In this document: piece by piece, positions 39,752 through 41,818 of the stretch
How positions within the stretch are numbered: the first letter of the stretch is position 1
Layout: every line of letters begins with the position of its first letter
DNA from: Gammaproteobacteria bacterium
Lineage (GTDB): Bacteria > Pseudomonadota > Gammaproteobacteria > Xanthomonadales > Xanthomonadaceae
Length of the DNA: 41,818 bases
Assembly (NCBI GenBank): GCA_046566095.1
Contig: JBKHXI010000006.1
Coordinates: 1 to 41,818, forward strand
Direction: 5' to 3'
Notes under the pieces: model-generated
Told to the model about the DNA's origin: nothing
Database searches by the model: none
Seen by the model: the letters and a program-made list of their open reading frames with translations, nothing else
Position numbers and translations under genes: made by a program

Positions 39752-41818
39752 GTGCCGCGCGCCGCGCCAGTCCCGCGTCCCGCGGGACTGGCGGGCATTG
39801 CTGGCCGGCATCGCCCTGGCCGTCCTGGCCGCTTCCGCGCAGGCGATGCAGGCGGGCGATCACGGGCCGCGCGAGCTGCCGCTTGCGGTCGAGATCCTGT
39901 CCGGAGGCGAGCATGGCCGCGACGGCCGCTCGGTGGCCGTCGCCGGCGGCGAGGCGCGCCTGCGGCTGCGTTTCGACCTGCCGCCGGCCGGCGAGGGTGG
40001 CGGCTGGCTGCTGCGGCTGGAGCGCGCCGGCGTCGACCGGCTGGAACTGTCCGGTCACGGCTGGCGCGGCGGGCCGCGTTCATTCTTCGCGCCCGCGGCC
40101 GGCGAGGGCCTGTTGCCCGGTGCCTTCGAGTTCGCGTTGCCGGCGTCGTGGTCGGGGCCGCGGACGCTGGAACTGACGGCGTCCGGGCGCGGGCCCTACG
40201 TCCTGCGCCCGAGCCTGCATTCGGCGCAGGCGGCGATGGCGCTCGAGCACCGCGCGATCGCCCTGTCCGGAGCGCTGTACGCCGGCCTGCTGGTGCTGGC
40301 GCTGATCGCCCTGTCGCTGCTTGGGGCGACCCGCGACCGCGCCTACCTGGCGCTGTTCGGTTTCCTGGCGGCGGCGCTGTGGTTGCTGCTGGCCAACAAC
40401 GGGCATCTGTACGCCTGGCCCGGAGTGCGCGGCTTCGCGCTCTGGGGGCCGGCCGGGATCTGGGCGGCCACGCTGCTCACCGCGGCCTCCGGGGTGTGGC
40501 TGGCCCAGCAGTACGCCGGCCTGCGGGTACATGCGCCGGCGTTGCGGACGCGGCTGTACTGGCTGGCGCTGGTGCTCACCGCCGCCGCCGCGCTGTGCCT
40601 GCTGAACCTGCCGGACCGGCACGGGCTGCTCAAGGCCATGACCGTGGGCGGCTGGATCCTGGGCGTGTGCGGGGCGCTGGCGGCGATCGCGGTCGGGGTC
40701 CGCCGGCAGGTGTGGATGGCGCTGCCGGTGCTGCTGTCGGTGCTGGCGCTGCTGGCGGCCGGGGTGTTCTGGGAGCTGCGGCTGTTCGGGCTGCTGGAGG
40801 ACGGGTTCTGGGTGCGGGTCGGGTTCCAGCTGGCGCTGGTGGCCTGCGCCCTGCTGCTGGCGACCGGGCTGATCGGCCGGATCACCGAGTTCCGCACCGC
40901 GCGCGACCGCGACCGGCTCGCGCGCGACGACTCCGAACGCCGGCTCGAGCGCGAGGCGGCCCGCGCCGACCTGGTGCAGACCCTGCAGAGGAAGCTGCGC
41001 GACCTGCCGCCCGGCGACATGGAATGGGCGGCGTTCCGGGCGGCGTTCGAACGCCTGCTGCCGCTGCTGCGGCTGGAGGCCGGGGCCCTGATCGCCTACG
41101 GCTACCACGGCTTCGACCTGCTGCTGGCCGAGCCGCTGCGCAGCAAGGAGCATTTCGTGACCCTGCTGGCCAACCGGGTGGGGATGATGAAGGGGCTGGC
41201 GCGAACCCAGGCGCCGTTGCAGCTGCCGCTGGAGCAGGAGGTCGAAGGCGAGGGCGCGGCGGCAAGCGCTGCGTCCGCATCCGCTGCCGGCACCGGCAAC
41301 GGTGTCGCGCCGGACGCCGCCCCGCGCCGGCTGCACGCGGTGATCCCGCTGCCGATCCGCGCCCCGGGCTGGGGCGTGCTGCTGCTCGAGCGGCGCGGCA
41401 GCGAACCGTTCACCCACGAGGAACTGGCCTTCGCCAGCGAGCTGGGGCGGCTGGCGGTGCAGCACGCCGACGAGGCCGCGACCGCGCTCAACCTGCGCCG
41501 CTCGGCCGAACTCGACGCCCTGACCGGCGCGCTCAACCGCCGCACCATCGACCTGTGGCTGTCGCGCTGCTTCACCGAGGCGCACCGCCACGGCCAGCCG
41601 CTGGCGGTGCTGTTCGTGGACCTGGACTTCTTCAAGCGGATCAACGACACCCACGGCCATGCCTGCGGCGACACCTGCCTGCAGCAGGTGTCCGAGGCGC
41701 TGCGGCGGGAGCTGGAACCGGGCGACCTGCTCGGCCGCTACGGCGGCGAGGAGTTCATCGTGGTCCTGCCCGGGCGCAACGGCGACAGCGCGCGCCAGGT
41801 CGCCGAGCGCATCCGCGC
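39726..41818 (+). CDS. Membrane diguanylate cyclase (periplasmic N-domain, 7 TM, linker/GAF-like region, GGDEF), 3'-truncated by the window edge
   Basis: The frame (positions divisible by 3) is open from ATG 39726 to the window end. It is absent from the track only because it has no stop. Signal-like WRALLAGIALAVLAASAQA, seven hydrophobic helices (approx. 40250-40880), then LDALTGALNRR…VDLDFFKRINDTHGH…GRYGGEEF. The start is uncertain and overlaps the DUF2007 gene by 26 nt. Confidence 0.85.
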   Translation, partial: MGWRRRPPECRAPRQSRVPRDWRALLAGIALAVLAASAQAMQAGDHGPRELPLAVEILSGGEHGRDGRSVAVAGGEARLRLRFDLPPAGEGGGWLLRLERAGVDRLELSGHGWRGGPRSFFAPAAGEGLLPGAFEFALPASWSGPRTLELTASGRGPYVLRPSLHSAQAAMALEHRAIALSGALYAGLLVLALIALSLLGATRDRAYLALFGFLAAALWLLLANNGHLYAWPGVRGFALWGPAGIWAATLLTAASGVWLAQQYAGLRVHAPALRTRLYWLALVLTAAAALCLLNLPDRHGLLKAMTVGGWILGVCGALAAIAVGVRRQVWMALPVLLSVLALLAAGVFWELRLFGLLEDGFWVRVGFQLALVACALLLATGLIGRITEFRTARDRDRLARDDSERRLEREAARADLVQTLQRKLRDLPPGDMEWAAFRAAFERLLPLLRLEAGALIAYGYHGFDLLLAEPLRSKEHFVTLLANRVGMMKGLARTQAPLQLPLEQEVEGEGAAASAASASAAGTGNGVAPDAAPRRLHAVIPLPIRAPGWGVLLLERRGSEPFTHEELAFASELGRLAVQHADEAATALNLRRSAELDALTGALNRRTIDLWLSRCFTEAHRHGQPLAVLFVDLDFFKRINDTHGHACGDTCLQQVSEALRRELEPGDLLGRYGGEEFIVVLPGRNGDSARQVAERIR

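Overview
This is a very GC-rich (about 70% by eye) chromosomal core segment. Gene content and synteny look gammaproteobacterial, Xanthomonadaceae/Lysobacteraceae-like (inference). About 40 tightly packed, mostly housekeeping genes are supported. In order: the 3' end of the Pil-Chp twitching-motility chemosensory operon (chpA/pilL, chpB-like, chpC-like); rsmE; bioA; nudE-cysQ; mazG; a DUF962 protein; tesA head-to-head with ybbA-ybbP; an OmpR-type two-component pair; a secreted S8 protease; iaaA; dgkA; a TerC-family protein; lgt-thyA-folA converging on the classic lptD-surA-pdxA-rsmA-apaG-apaH cluster; msrB; an HDAC-like deacetylase; a PduO-type cobalamin adenosyltransferase next to a small 6-TM protein; ubiH plus a paralogue; an EF-hand protein; a glnS / Cys-rich lipoprotein / GuaD-like deaminase / rlmM operon; and a DUF2007 protein plus a 7TM-GGDEF cyclase that runs off the 3' edge. 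I saw no rRNA, tRNA, CRISPR array, transposase, integrase, phage gene or recognisable defence gene. Many long ORFs in the six-frame track are antisense GC artefacts or fusions of adjacent genes, and I split or discarded them. I do not see a clear new multi-gene system here. The most unusual things are sequence-level: (1) chains of mini-ORFs with (A/G)TGA start/stop overlaps that tile the intergenic spacers of operons, cleanest for lgt->thyA->folA, where the spacer is also a tandem copy of the thyA start region; (2) a 49-nt diverged duplicate of the 5' end of the adenosyltransferase gene that creates a 42-codon upstream ORF; (3) a CheB-fold ChpB-like protein lacking the catalytic Ser and His; (4) an uncharacterised 10-Cys lipoprotein translationally coupled between glnS and a deaminase; (5) two REP-like palindromic repeat families. 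All product calls come from motif recognition by eye, with no database search.
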